Virus record (IMG/VR): IMGVR_UViG_3300045988_086138
Strand: one strand, 5' to 3'
Source: a virus
DNA length: 64,000 nucleotides
This document shows positions 9,042 through 18,791 of this stretch, piece after piece; within the stretch, counting starts at the first letter, position 1, and each line of letters begins with the position of its first letter. The translations under genes were made by a program, and so were the position numbers. The notes under the pieces are model-generated. The model was given only the letters and a program-made list of their open reading frames with translations, did no database searches and had not been told where the DNA came from.

Positions 9042-10763
9042 ATGGGAATCACTAATAAATGGCTTAACCCATACCAGAGGTCATATCAACAGATTAAGGC
9101 TAAACTGGTAGAATCCCTTATGGGGCTAAAAGACTCTCAAGGTCAGAAACTCATAACGGATTATTCGGAGGGGAATATCTTAATTATTATCCTCTCATTG
9201 TTTGCGGCAATTGCCGAAGTACTCCATTACTATGTAGATAACATGGCAAGGGAAACTTTCCTATCTACTGCAAGAAGGTATGATTCGGTAGTTAAACATG
9301 GAGCATTGGTAGATTACCATGCTCGAGCAGCAATCGCAGCTACTGTAGATGTAATCTTATCTAGAAGTATTACTGGTAATTCTATCGGAGCCAAATTAAC
9401 TATACCTCAAAGTACTGTATTTACAGACTCTAATGGTAATTCTTGGTTATCTGCCAGAGATGTAATATGGTATTCAAATGTAACTACCTGTAAAGTACCT
9501 CTTATACAGCATGAGAAATATACTTCGAGTGCTCTTAATAATATGGTAATACCCAGTGGGGATAGAGTAATACTTAACCTTGGTACATTACCAAACGGTA
9601 AATACTATGAACAAGGTTCTATGTCTTTACAGATAGGTGGAGAATCCTGGGTATTAGTAGATACTTTTGCAAAATCCAAACCTACAGATAAACATTTCAT
9701 GGTATCAGTAGATGAAGCTCTCAACCCTTATATAATGTTTGGAGATGGTACTTTTGGTAAGAAGCCTGCTGCTGGTGCAAAGATAACTAATGTAGTATTC
9801 TACTTAACCAACGGTTCTCAGGGAAATGTAAAGAGTAATACCATTACTTCTATACCCTCAGTAATATCTTCATCAATTACCGATGCTACAGTAAGTAATG
9901 CTTATGATGCTGCAGGAGGTTCAAACTACGAAAACTTTACAATGCTCAAGGAACATATACCTTTGAGTGTAAAAACCTTGGGAGTAGCAATTACCAAAGA
10001 GGACTTCGAAAGTTTGGCCATGTTAGTAGATGGGGTAAACAAAGCTAAGGCAGATTATGAATGTGGTAGAAAGCTTACCGTATATATTAGCCCAGATGGT
10101 GGAGCAGTTGCATCTTCAGAATTAATAAACAGAGTATACAACCTATTATCTCAAAGAGCTCCCATGACTACCTGGCTTAAGGTTAAGTCTGCAGGCAAGG
10201 TTCAGATAATCCTAGAAATGGATGTTACTGGTAAGAAATCTTATAAAACTGCAGAGATACAAACTCAGATACTTACCGCATTATATAATGCCTATTCTCC
10301 GGAACAAGCCCAGATAGGTGGTGATGTAAGAATATCTGATATCTATGCTTTGATAGATAACCTTTCTACCGTAGACTATCTACATCTTACTAAGTTCTAC
10401 ATTAAACCTTGGCCTATCACCATTTACGGTAATAAAGAATTAAGCTTGGGACAATTTAAGTTAAACAAAGCTACTGGGTCAATGACCTATTATATAACCT
10501 TCAATTCTTCAACTACATTTACTGTACGTTCGGTATCTAATGGTTATGTAACTACAGGGACAGTAGGTAACTCTATCCAGATAATCGATAAAGCAAATGG
10601 TTTTGATTTCTCTTTGGACATTCAGAATAACAGCTATCAATCTGGGTATAGGTATTCTATTACGGTATCAGAACCTAATCACGATTATGAAGACCCAGGG
10701 TTTAACTTACCCGTATTCGAAAATGCTTCACAACTAACACTAACCGTAAAAGAGATAGTATAA
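9042..10763 (+). CDS. baseplate J-like protein (gp6 / gpJ type)
   Basis: 573 aa directly after the gp25-like gene. The N-terminal and central regions look like the baseplate J family. Synteny W-J-I. Confidence 0.7.
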   Translation: MGITNKWLNPYQRSYQQIKAKLVESLMGLKDSQGQKLITDYSEGNILIIILSLFAAIAEVLHYYVDNMARETFLSTARRYDSVVKHGALVDYHARAAIAATVDVILSRSITGNSIGAKLTIPQSTVFTDSNGNSWLSARDVIWYSNVTTCKVPLIQHEKYTSSALNNMVIPSGDRVILNLGTLPNGKYYEQGSMSLQIGGESWVLVDTFAKSKPTDKHFMVSVDEALNPYIMFGDGTFGKKPAAGAKITNVVFYLTNGSQGNVKSNTITSIPSVISSSITDATVSNAYDAAGGSNYENFTMLKEHIPLSVKTLGVAITKEDFESLAMLVDGVNKAKADYECGRKLTVYISPDGGAVASSELINRVYNLLSQRAPMTTWLKVKSAGKVQIILEMDVTGKKSYKTAEIQTQILTALYNAYSPEQAQIGGDVRISDIYALIDNLSTVDYLHLTKFYIKPWPITIYGNKELSLGQFKLNKATGSMTYYITFNSSTTFTVRSVSNGYVTTGTVGNSIQIIDKANGFDFSLDIQNNSYQSGYRYSITVSEPNHDYEDPGFNLPVFENASQLTLTVKEIV

Positions 10764-13225
10764 TGATAAACCTAAAAAATCTAATCGATTTTTTACCATT
10801 CGAATATAAGGACCAAGATACTTATAAGGTAAATGGTAAAGGCATCTTAGAAAGGTTTCTAGAAATTTGCGGAGAGCATTTTGAAGATTATATTACTAAG
10901 GACATTGAGAATATTCTGGATATTATCGATATAGATAAAACCCCAGATATGTACCTTAACTTCCTTTGGCAATTTCTCGGAGAAATGCCCTTTGCTTATG
11001 GGAATACCATAGATGCTCAAAAATGGTCAGAGTACTTTAATGGGTTCTATTCTGATAGTAAACTCCAAGAGCTATCAAAGCTTTGGATAATTCCAAAGGA
11101 AGGCCCATTTACTTTAACAAGTACTCAAGTAAGAAACATACTGAAGTACTCAGTATCACTTTTCAAAATACGAGGGACTTCCGAGTTCTTCGAAATTATG
11201 ATGAGGTTATATGGGTTAACCTGTACAGTAACTGACCCAGCTAAGGCAGACTCTTATGATGGTTGGGTAAAGAGCAACCCGAGGTTTGACCAGTACTATC
11301 AGTACGATGATAAGTATACCTATGATAATACTTTTGATTGTTCTCAATGTATACCCGTAACTTTTAGACTTACCGGTCATGGGTATACTTCTAATTCTGA
11401 AAGCTTTAAAAGATTTAGAGAAGCAGTAGAAAGTTTCTTTAAAAGATTCATACCCTACCATGTATCATTTATTATACAATATGGGTTTACCATAAACGAT
11501 GGGTATACTATTAAGGCAGAGTTAGTAAACCCAGAACAACCTAACCTTATTACTTCAGAAGTATACGAGGTACCAGTAAGGGTAATAGTAACTGCTGATT
11601 GGATAAATGCCGATTTGAGATATCAAATATCAAGTGATGGTGTTAATTGGGGATATACTAAACATGCAAGTGGTTCCGTATTTTATATACCAAGAGCTGG
11701 TACATATTACTTCAGAAGTGTAGGTGATAATTCTAAGGTGACCCAAATCACGGTAAATCAGGAATCCTATAATAGGGTATACTCTATTACTTGTGAACCA
11801 ATCTCTGAAAAGATAACTCCCAGTAAGTTAAAAGTTAGTACTGTAGTAAGGGCTAATGTATCTTATAAAGGTACCGTTAAGATTTGTAATGTAAGGTTAT
11901 CTGGTACTGACCAAGTAAAAGGCTTAGGCTCAACTTGGGAATTTACAGAGCCAGGTACTTATATTTTTGAGATAGTAGAGTTTCCTGTAAAACAAACTTC
12001 TTTTGTAGTAACTCGAGAAGAGATTACTTATAAGGTAAGATGTACACCTTCTGAATTTAGAGTAGGTGATAAACAGAGTATTAGGGATGCAGTTACTACT
12101 CTAACTATAGAATCGAATTATCCAGAATCATTTACTGGTGATTTATACTGTAGGCTAATAGGTGATACCAAGTTGTTTAAGAATGGGGATAAGTTTACTG
12201 CTAGTAGTTACGGTACTTACAAATTCAAATGTACACTGGATAAAAGGGAAACAGATGAAGGGGTAGGTATCTTCGAAGTAACCTCTGGTAAAACTGCAAT
12301 ATATCGAATAAGTATTAACCCACCAACTTCTACTCTATTCAATGGCTCAGCTAAAACTACGGTAAACATCCAACGTATCTCGGGTAATGGTGATGATTAT
12401 AGGGTAAGGGTAGTAGAGACTGGGGAAACATTTAATGCAGCAAGTGGGTATGTATATACTACTAATCGAGCAGGAACATATACTTTCCAATCAGTAGCTT
12501 ATCCTACTGCTAAGACAGCTTGGGTTGTTAATAACTCACCAACTGTATATCAGAATAAACTTAAAATCGTCCCTTCGGATGCTACTGATTCAAAATGGAA
12601 GGAACCAAATTGGTCACTACCAGAAGACCAGATTGATGACACTTATGCCATATACCAATTGTTGGATGAGGCTTCTGCTTGTAAGTTCCATCTTGAAGAA
12701 ATGAAGAATGGGGTTAATGTAAGTGGTACTGCAACTTGTAATGAAACAGGCGAAACGTATAACCTTGAATCAGAGATTATTTTAACTAAGGCTGGTACTT
12801 ATACTTTTACTGCCGATGATGGTTCTTCTTTAAGGTGTCAAGTAATACTCGAAGATTATCCAACTGTTATCGAAATTTCTTGTACTCCGGAGTATGCAGA
12901 ATTAAAAGGTACAGTTAAGCAGGTTTCTACTTTAATTAAGTGTACCTCTAACAAACCGGATTTCGATAGTAGGGTTAGGGAAGTTGGTAAAGTAAATACT
13001 TATGATGCCGGAGGTGCTGGATACGAATTTATAACGGCTACTGCTGGGGAATATATTTTCGAATCTGTAGCAGATACTTCAAAGAGAACTAAATTTACGG
13101 TAGTAGATGCAGACCTTTTAAGTGTCAGTCCTCAGGTATTGGAATGGGAACATGATGACCTATCCGAGAAAACCTTTACTATTACAACATACAGTAATCA
13201 ATCTTGGCAAATAGTAGAACAATGA
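10763..13225 (+). CDS. baseplate/tail fibre protein: gpI-like N-terminus plus about six tandem Ig-like modules
   Basis: The N-terminus LPFEYKDQDTYK...TPDMYLNFLWQFLGEMP resembles tail protein I. The C-terminal part repeats a module ending (A/P)GTYxF about six times. Confidence 0.5.
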   Translation: MINLKNLIDFLPFEYKDQDTYKVNGKGILERFLEICGEHFEDYITKDIENILDIIDIDKTPDMYLNFLWQFLGEMPFAYGNTIDAQKWSEYFNGFYSDSKLQELSKLWIIPKEGPFTLTSTQVRNILKYSVSLFKIRGTSEFFEIMMRLYGLTCTVTDPAKADSYDGWVKSNPRFDQYYQYDDKYTYDNTFDCSQCIPVTFRLTGHGYTSNSESFKRFREAVESFFKRFIPYHVSFIIQYGFTINDGYTIKAELVNPEQPNLITSEVYEVPVRVIVTADWINADLRYQISSDGVNWGYTKHASGSVFYIPRAGTYYFRSVGDNSKVTQITVNQESYNRVYSITCEPISEKITPSKLKVSTVVRANVSYKGTVKICNVRLSGTDQVKGLGSTWEFTEPGTYIFEIVEFPVKQTSFVVTREEITYKVRCTPSEFRVGDKQSIRDAVTTLTIESNYPESFTGDLYCRLIGDTKLFKNGDKFTASSYGTYKFKCTLDKRETDEGVGIFEVTSGKTAIYRISINPPTSTLFNGSAKTTVNIQRISGNGDDYRVRVVETGETFNAASGYVYTTNRAGTYTFQSVAYPTAKTAWVVNNSPTVYQNKLKIVPSDATDSKWKEPNWSLPEDQIDDTYAIYQLLDEASACKFHLEEMKNGVNVSGTATCNETGETYNLESEIILTKAGTYTFTADDGSSLRCQVILEDYPTVIEISCTPEYAELKGTVKQVSTLIKCTSNKPDFDSRVREVGKVNTYDAGGAGYEFITATAGEYIFESVADTSKRTKFTVVDADLLSVSPQVLEWEHDDLSEKTFTITTYSNQSWQIVEQ

Positions 13226-13752
13226 TAAATACCATTGATAGAATCACAGAGACCACGACTCAGTCTTTATTTAAGACATTTACCGTGGGAATATTGGGAG
13301 AGTGTACACAAATCTTATACGATTTAAGGTGGATGATAATACTTGCAATAATCTTAATCCTATCCGATTTATGGTTTGGGTTATCTGCAAGCAGGCTTCA
13401 ACATATAGAGATTCGAAAATCCCGAGCTGGAAGAAGAACTCTAAATAAGATAGTAGATTATATTTGCTATGTTTTACTTGGAGCTGTACTTGGTAAAGCC
13501 ATAGGAGAACCCTATGGAATGAATCCTATAGTTGTATCTATAACCGTTATGGTATTATGTTATTGTTTCGAAGTAGATAGTATATATGGGCATATCTGCG
13601 AAATACATGGTATTAAGAAACGGTATAGTATATGGAGAATTCTCTTTAAGCTATTAACCTTTAGGTTCAAGGATTTAGGTGAAGCATTTAAAGAGATGGC
13701 AGAACAAAAAAATAACTTTAAAAATACTAAGGATAATGAAGACGTACTTTAA
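13222..13752 (+). CDS. membrane protein, holin-family-like
   Basis: The ATG at 13222 overlaps the upstream stop as ATGA. Several hydrophobic segments (WMIILAIILILSDLWFGL, IVDYICYVLLGAVLG, IVVSITVMVLCYCF). Resemblance to holin families is tentative. Confidence 0.4.
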   Translation: MINTIDRITETTTQSLFKTFTVGILGECTQILYDLRWMIILAIILILSDLWFGLSASRLQHIEIRKSRAGRRTLNKIVDYICYVLLGAVLGKAIGEPYGMNPIVVSITVMVLCYCFEVDSIYGHICEIHGIKKRYSIWRILFKLLTFRFKDLGEAFKEMAEQKNNFKNTKDNEDVL

Positions 13753-15091
13753 GTATGAAGGTATTATTAAATCGAAGGAAGCAGCAGAAGCAATTGCTGC
13801 TCCTTCCGGTTTAGGACCATTCTGTGGATTTGGCTCAGCTACCATAAATGGTAATAAATTAATGGTATCTCCTCAGGGAGTTTCTGGAAGTAAATATGCT
13901 AATGTGATTAAGGATAGAATCCTTGCAAGGTACATGGCAAAAGATTCTGAGGATGGGGAATTACCAGATGTGAACTTCGGATGTATTTCAAGAGATGGGT
14001 ATGTATTCATTTCCGATGAGCAAACTCTTACGATTGAAAACATCCAAGGTACTCAAGGCTCAACAGAAGAGGTATTACTATTTGCAGTACATACTCCTAT
14101 ACCGGAGCCAGTAGATAACCCAGTTGATTTTGTAGCATACTGGAATGAATCATCCGAAAGCTTTTACACTTTATTCAAAAAGTCTCAGGATATTTACTAC
14201 CCCATTGCTGAGGATAATCGTACTCCGGATATACTTAATAATGATGTATATTCCGATTATGATATGACGTTTAGCAATCTTCTAGAGATGGCAGAGAGTG
14301 CTTGCCCCTATTACTCCAATAATAAGAATTCAGTTGTTCTTATTGGAGTATATGGTAAGGGTACAGATGCCATGACCAAGAGAAATGAGAACTTTGCTAT
14401 CGTACCTTATCAAGGCAAATTTCAAGAAATCCCATACACTACTGCCGCTCACAGTATGGTGAAGGAATCGGTAAAAAGGGTAGAAGATATTAATAAGGGC
14501 TTCCCAGTAGTAGATGAATCCGGGAACAAGTTTAATATTAAACAGTATATCGATAATCAGATTGAGGCAATTCGAAAAGAATTTGCTGACCAGCTGAGTA
14601 CTGCAAATCTTCCCATTGGTTCTATAATCTTATGGGAAACCGATGTAATACCCGATGGCTGGGCAGAATATACCAAAGCAGCCGGTAGAATAGTTATCGG
14701 TTATCAAGCTGGAGGTATTCAAATTGGTAATGATGTAATGTTACAAAATGTTGGTGATTACTATACACCTACTCAAGGTAACTTCATTATAACTCTTAAG
14801 GGGGATGACTTACCTAAACACAGGCATGCTCTTGGTGTATCTAAAGGTAAACAAGATAATGCCAATAACTGGGAGAATGTTAGACCTCAGTCTTTCTTTA
14901 ATAGGGAGACGGGTTTAAATGGAGACTTCGGTAGAGGAACTCCCACCAAAGGTATTCAAGATGGTGCTATTGTAGTAAGTTGGAACTTGATAGGGGAGTC
15001 TTTCTTACAAGAGACTTCGGTAGATACTTTGAATATCGAAAAATTACCACCGACTATTACTTTAAGATATATCCAAAAGATATCATCATAA
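13736..15091 (+). CDS. tail fibre protein with C-terminal tail-collar-like domain
   Basis: LPIGSIILWETDVIPDGWAEY...GDDLPKHRHALG matches the phage tail collar motif. ATG 13736 was chosen over 13679. Confidence 0.6.
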   Translation: MKTYFKYEGIIKSKEAAEAIAAPSGLGPFCGFGSATINGNKLMVSPQGVSGSKYANVIKDRILARYMAKDSEDGELPDVNFGCISRDGYVFISDEQTLTIENIQGTQGSTEEVLLFAVHTPIPEPVDNPVDFVAYWNESSESFYTLFKKSQDIYYPIAEDNRTPDILNNDVYSDYDMTFSNLLEMAESACPYYSNNKNSVVLIGVYGKGTDAMTKRNENFAIVPYQGKFQEIPYTTAAHSMVKESVKRVEDINKGFPVVDESGNKFNIKQYIDNQIEAIRKEFADQLSTANLPIGSIILWETDVIPDGWAEYTKAAGRIVIGYQAGGIQIGNDVMLQNVGDYYTPTQGNFIITLKGDDLPKHRHALGVSKGKQDNANNWENVRPQSFFNRETGLNGDFGRGTPTKGIQDGAIVVSWNLIGESFLQETSVDTLNIEKLPPTITLRYIQKISS

Positions 15092-15169
15092 TCGTAGTAA
15101 ACACTCATGTATTAGTTGTATTGTTAGTATGTAAACAAATCTAAGTTTTGCATAATTACTTTAAGGGAA

Positions 15170-15196
15170 GGGACGTTGGGAAACGCCCCTTTTCTT
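15170..15196 (+). terminator. hairpin terminator after tail module, possibly bidirectional
   Basis: GGGACG / CGCCCC stem with one mismatch, an 8-nt loop, then TTTTCTTTT. It lies between convergent genes. Confidence 0.4.
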
Positions 15197-15202
15197 TTGT
15201 GT

Positions 15203-15856
15203 TTAATATTTGAGTTCTTCCTTAGCTCTATCTTCCCAATATTGTATATCTTGTCTGAGTTCTGAGATATATCTCATGGAATCATTAGTCTTAGGCATTT
15301 CGAAAAATTCTATTAGCATTATATTAGTAATTCGAGTGCTATTCCCAAGTTTCTCTTTAATGAAAGGTGGAGGAGTGATTAATACTTCGAAAAGTAAATA
15401 AGCATCAGAAGAAAGGTTAGCCTTCATATATTTATACATCATATCAATCATTTCTGATTTGGCTTTTTCTTCTTCACTATCATCCTCTAATTCCTTATCA
15501 TTATCAAATAAATCATCAAGCTTAAAAAGGCTTTGATTATACTCGGCTTGTTCTCCATAAGCAGAACGAAGTAATTTATTCTTGAATGTACTAAGAGATG
15601 CAAGGATTCTTGCTTTAAGATGTTCTTCAGTACACTCACCATAGTATTTGTTGAAAACAAATAACATCTTATCCCAGAAATATGATTGAATAATATCCGG
15701 TGTAAGATTAAACCGTTTATAATCAATCTGACGGGTAAGATTCTTGATTACCGGCTTACAGACTTTATAAAGTCTGTTAAATGTAGCTTCATCATAATCC
15801 CTCATAGGTTTTAATCTGTGAAGCTCAGAGCCATTATTTCCTTTACTTTTTCCCAT
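15203..15856 (-). CDS. putative RNA polymerase sigma factor (ECF-like)
   Basis: Region-2-like FNRLYKVCKPVIKNL...DIIQSYFWDKMLFVFNKY and a region-4-like C-terminal helix-turn-helix. This is the only minus-strand gene in the first 57 kb. Confidence 0.45.
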   Translation of the reverse strand: MGKSKGNNGSELHRLKPMRDYDEATFNRLYKVCKPVIKNLTRQIDYKRFNLTPDIIQSYFWDKMLFVFNKYYGECTEEHLKARILASLSTFKNKLLRSAYGEQAEYNQSLFKLDDLFDNDKELEDDSEEEKAKSEMIDMMYKYMKANLSSDAYLLFEVLITPPPFIKEKLGNSTRITNIMLIEFFEMPKTNDSMRYISELRQDIQYWEDRAKEELKY

Positions 15857-15872
15857 TGTTATAAATATTCGT

Positions 15873-15884
15873 TATGCAAATATA
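15873..15884 (-). promoter_or_regulatory. TATATTTGCATA promoter (-7 box TAnnTTTG) for sigma-like gene
   Basis: The minus strand reads CTTATATTTGCATAAC, 16 nt upstream of ATG 15856. Confidence 0.55.
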
Positions 15885-15955
15885 AGTCTTTTTTCTTATA
15901 TAAAATAATAATATTAAAAATACTTGAGCTTAAGGTAGTGGATTAGGGAGTTTCT

Positions 15956-15985
15956 AGATAGTTGTCAACACCTTCAGAACTATCT
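15956..15985. repeat. 8-bp inverted repeat in helicase leader
   Basis: AGATAGTT (15956-15963) pairs with AACTATCT (15978-15985). Confidence 0.5.
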
Positions 15986-16030
15986 CGGTACTATCAAAAT
16001 CTATTAGTTTATAAATATTGCAATATAGAT

Positions 16031-17470
16031 ATGAAGAAGTTTAAAGAGAAAATTAAATTTAGTTTCACACCGGATTTCCAATTGGAGATACTCCGGTTTA
16101 TCCTAAGGGATAAAGAGGGAGGCTTAGTTTTAAAAAGGCTTAAATCTAATTACCTGGTTTTAATTGAGCATTCCCTAATATTTGAGGGTATCACTAAATA
16201 CTTTAAGAAGCAAGGCAAGATGCCTTCCGAGAATATTCTAAAGGAGGTATTAAAAGAATTGCTAGAATCCAAGGCATACGTGGATTTGGTAACTAAGGAA
16301 GATATCCCAAGTATTAATAAAATAATCAGTAATCTTTATCACATACCCTTATCAGATGCTGATTATATAAAAGAAAAAATATACCAGTTCTCTACCTATG
16401 TTGAGATGAAGAACTTAAATGATTCTTTCGATTTGGATAACTTTGAACAATATGAAGAATATTCAAGGAAAGTTGAAAAGGTACTTCAGAAAAGTAAACC
16501 TAAGAAAGAAGATGAACCTTTGTACATGATTCGGGATATTGTTGAAAGACAATTCAAAAGACAGTCAGAACCATCGGTATTACCTTGCCCATTTAGGCAA
16601 TTGAATGACCTAACAAATGCAGGAGGTTACCCTGAACATTCAATCAATGTGATATTGGATAAACCCAAAGCAAAGAAAACATTCTTCATGGTAAACCTTG
16701 CAAGAGGTTACTTGAGAATGAAGAAATCAGTATTATATATTGATACCGAGAATGGTCAAGAACAAATCATGGACCGTTTCATTCAATCCAGTATTAATAA
16801 AACCAAAAAGGAATTATATTCTGGTGAGTACGATAAACTTGAGGCAAAGCATTTAAGGAAACTTGCCAGGTTTGGAGTTGAATTAGTAGTTGAAAGGGTA
16901 CCTGCAATGATTACTAATGCCACTTATATAAGAGAAAAGATAATTCAACTGCGTAACCAAGGGATTGATATTAAGGTACTGATGGTCGATTATGCAGGTA
17001 AACTTGCATCAATAGCTGGAGACCGAGAAGATTTTGAAAGGATATCAAATGTATATATCGATTTACAGAACCTGGCAGAAGAATTACACCTTGATATTGT
17101 ATGGACTGCTCATCATATTACTCGTGATGGTAAAAAGCATAGGACTACCCGATATGATGAGAATGATATCTCTGGTTCTATTGCAATCGTTCGCAATGCT
17201 CAGGTTATTGTAGGTCTTAACTCTACTGAACAAGAAGAGAAAGATAATATCCTTCGAGTTGAAATGGTAGTACAAAGGGATGGTCTTTCCTCTGGTAGAG
17301 CTTTATTCAAATGTGATGTTGAAAGGCAAAGATGTACAGAATTTACAAAGGAACAACGTAAACAATATGATGAAGTATATGGAAAAAAGTTGGATGAATC
17401 GTTTAAGAAGAATGGCAGCAATCCTGATGCAGATTCTAAGAAAAGGGAAAGAACTACTGGAGATATCTAA
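16031..17470 (+). CDS. DnaB-like replicative helicase with atypical P-loop
   Basis: RecA-fold core VILDKPKAKKTFFMVNLA...SVLYIDTENGQEQIMDRF...VLMVDYAG...WTAHHITRDG. ATG 16031 is preferred to the TTG at 15962. Confidence 0.65.
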   Translation: MKKFKEKIKFSFTPDFQLEILRFILRDKEGGLVLKRLKSNYLVLIEHSLIFEGITKYFKKQGKMPSENILKEVLKELLESKAYVDLVTKEDIPSINKIISNLYHIPLSDADYIKEKIYQFSTYVEMKNLNDSFDLDNFEQYEEYSRKVEKVLQKSKPKKEDEPLYMIRDIVERQFKRQSEPSVLPCPFRQLNDLTNAGGYPEHSINVILDKPKAKKTFFMVNLARGYLRMKKSVLYIDTENGQEQIMDRFIQSSINKTKKELYSGEYDKLEAKHLRKLARFGVELVVERVPAMITNATYIREKIIQLRNQGIDIKVLMVDYAGKLASIAGDREDFERISNVYIDLQNLAEELHLDIVWTAHHITRDGKKHRTTRYDENDISGSIAIVRNAQVIVGLNSTEQEEKDNILRVEMVVQRDGLSSGRALFKCDVERQRCTEFTKEQRKQYDEVYGKKLDESFKKNGSNPDADSKKRERTTGDI

Positions 17471-17675
17471 ATGTAAGTTAGGTATACATAAGTGGGTACA
17501 TGAGTTTTGGTATGAGTATAGGGTAAAACCTAGAAAAGCTATCTTTTCAAAGAAAGGTGGTAGAAAGAGGGCTCAGTATTATACCAAAAATTGTTCGAGG
17601 ATTTATTGTGAAAGATGTGGTAAGAAACGAAAGAATAGATATGAAAACAAAAAGGATAGCTATCACAAAAGATAA
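17427..17675 (+). CDS. possible small basic Cys-rich protein (alternative frame in helicase-primase gap)
   Basis: The only open frame covering the 170-nt gap 17471-17640. Contains NCSRIYCERCGKKRKN. Start is uncertain and it competes with the 17557/17641 frame. Confidence 0.25.
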   Translation: MQILRKGKELLEISKCKLGIHKWVHEFWYEYRVKPRKAIFSKKGGRKRAQYYTKNCSRIYCERCGKKRKNRYENKKDSYHKR

Positions 17676-17820
17676 ATATGAGGATGGGTTATCTTTAGAG
17701 ATATCTCATAACGGTTATCAAACAACCTCTATCGGTAATTTAGATTTAGAGGATTTAAAGAAGTTAAGGAAAGTAGTTAGGGAAGCAATACGAGAATATG
17801 AAAATAACAAACCAGTTTAA
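17641..17820 (+). CDS. hypothetical small protein
   Basis: ATG 17641 lies within ORF-track ORF 17557-17820, whose listed start is GTG. Overlaps the primase start. Confidence 0.35.
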   Translation: MKTKRIAITKDKYEDGLSLEISHNGYQTTSIGNLDLEDLKKLRKVVREAIREYENNKPV

Positions 17821-18751
17821 ATCTAGACTACGAACTTATTTCGTTAAAAGATTAGGTGGATATGATTATAGGCATGGCTGGATGAGAATACCTACTTGCC
17901 CATATTGCGGGAGAGAACATAAGTTAGGTGTTAACCTATCTATGTATCGAACCAATTGTTTTCGATGTAATGCTCATCCATCCCCTACCCAATTAATAAT
18001 GGATATAGAGGGATTCACTGAATATAATGAATTAATAAACTTTTTGAACAATGGACAATTTGATGAACTTCAATTTAAGGAGGAGAAACTCGAACTTGCC
18101 GAGAGTAAGCCTCTGTATCTGCCCGAGGGATTTAGAAATATTTCGCTTGGAGACAGCCAACTTGCAAAAAGTATTAGAGGCTATGTCAAGAAACGCGGTT
18201 TCAGTATCGAACAGTTTTCAAGATGTGGTATCGGCTATGGCACAATGGGGGAAACTTACGGGTACCTTATTATCCCCTTCTATTATCAGGGGCAACTTAA
18301 ATACTACAATGCTAGAAACGTTATCGGAAAAGGTCCCAGGTATAATAACCCAGACAAAGATATCACAGGCCTTGGAAAACAGTTTATCATCTTTAATCAT
18401 GACGCATTGGAGATGTACAGGTCGGTATTCGTTTGCGAAGGAGCACTTAATGCTCTCACCATGGGGGATAGAGGCATTGCCACAATGGGCAAAGCTATTA
18501 GTCAGTACCAAGTCAATGAGTTACTTAAATCCCAATGCGAAAGATATATTATACTCTTGGACCCAGATGCAAAAGAATACGCAATCAATCTGGCGCTCAA
18601 ACTTGTTGCCTATAAAAAGGTCAAGGTGGTGTTTCTACCAGAAGGAAAAGATTGCAATGACCTCGGGAGAAAAGAAGTCTTAAAGTTAGTGTACTCTATT
18701 AGGTACCAAAGTTATCAAGAATTGATATCAATCAGAAACTCATTGAAATAG
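17798..18751 (+). CDS. DNA primase (zinc finger + TOPRIM)
   Basis: Zinc finger CPYCGREHKLGVNLSMYRTNCFRCNAH. TOPRIM VFVCEGALNALTMGD...IILLDPDAKEYA. Confidence 0.75.
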   Translation: MKITNQFKSRLRTYFVKRLGGYDYRHGWMRIPTCPYCGREHKLGVNLSMYRTNCFRCNAHPSPTQLIMDIEGFTEYNELINFLNNGQFDELQFKEEKLELAESKPLYLPEGFRNISLGDSQLAKSIRGYVKKRGFSIEQFSRCGIGYGTMGETYGYLIIPFYYQGQLKYYNARNVIGKGPRYNNPDKDITGLGKQFIIFNHDALEMYRSVFVCEGALNALTMGDRGIATMGKAISQYQVNELLKSQCERYIILLDPDAKEYAINLALKLVAYKKVKVVFLPEGKDCNDLGRKEVLKLVYSIRYQSYQELISIRNSLK

Positions 18752-18791
18752 GGAGTTCCTATTATATTATATAACTTAAAAATATAAAACT

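Noticed and set aside
17280-17675. A +1 frameshift extension of the helicase into the downstream gap.
   Set aside because: The frame relationship would need a +1 shift, and I see no recognisable shift site near the helicase stop. It is kept only as a low-confidence independent small ORF.
18051-18683. 210-aa ORF in an alternative + frame, plus a 97-aa minus-strand ORF, both inside the primase gene.
   Set aside because: The primase frame carries clear zinc-finger and TOPRIM motifs. The overlapping frames have no recognisable features.
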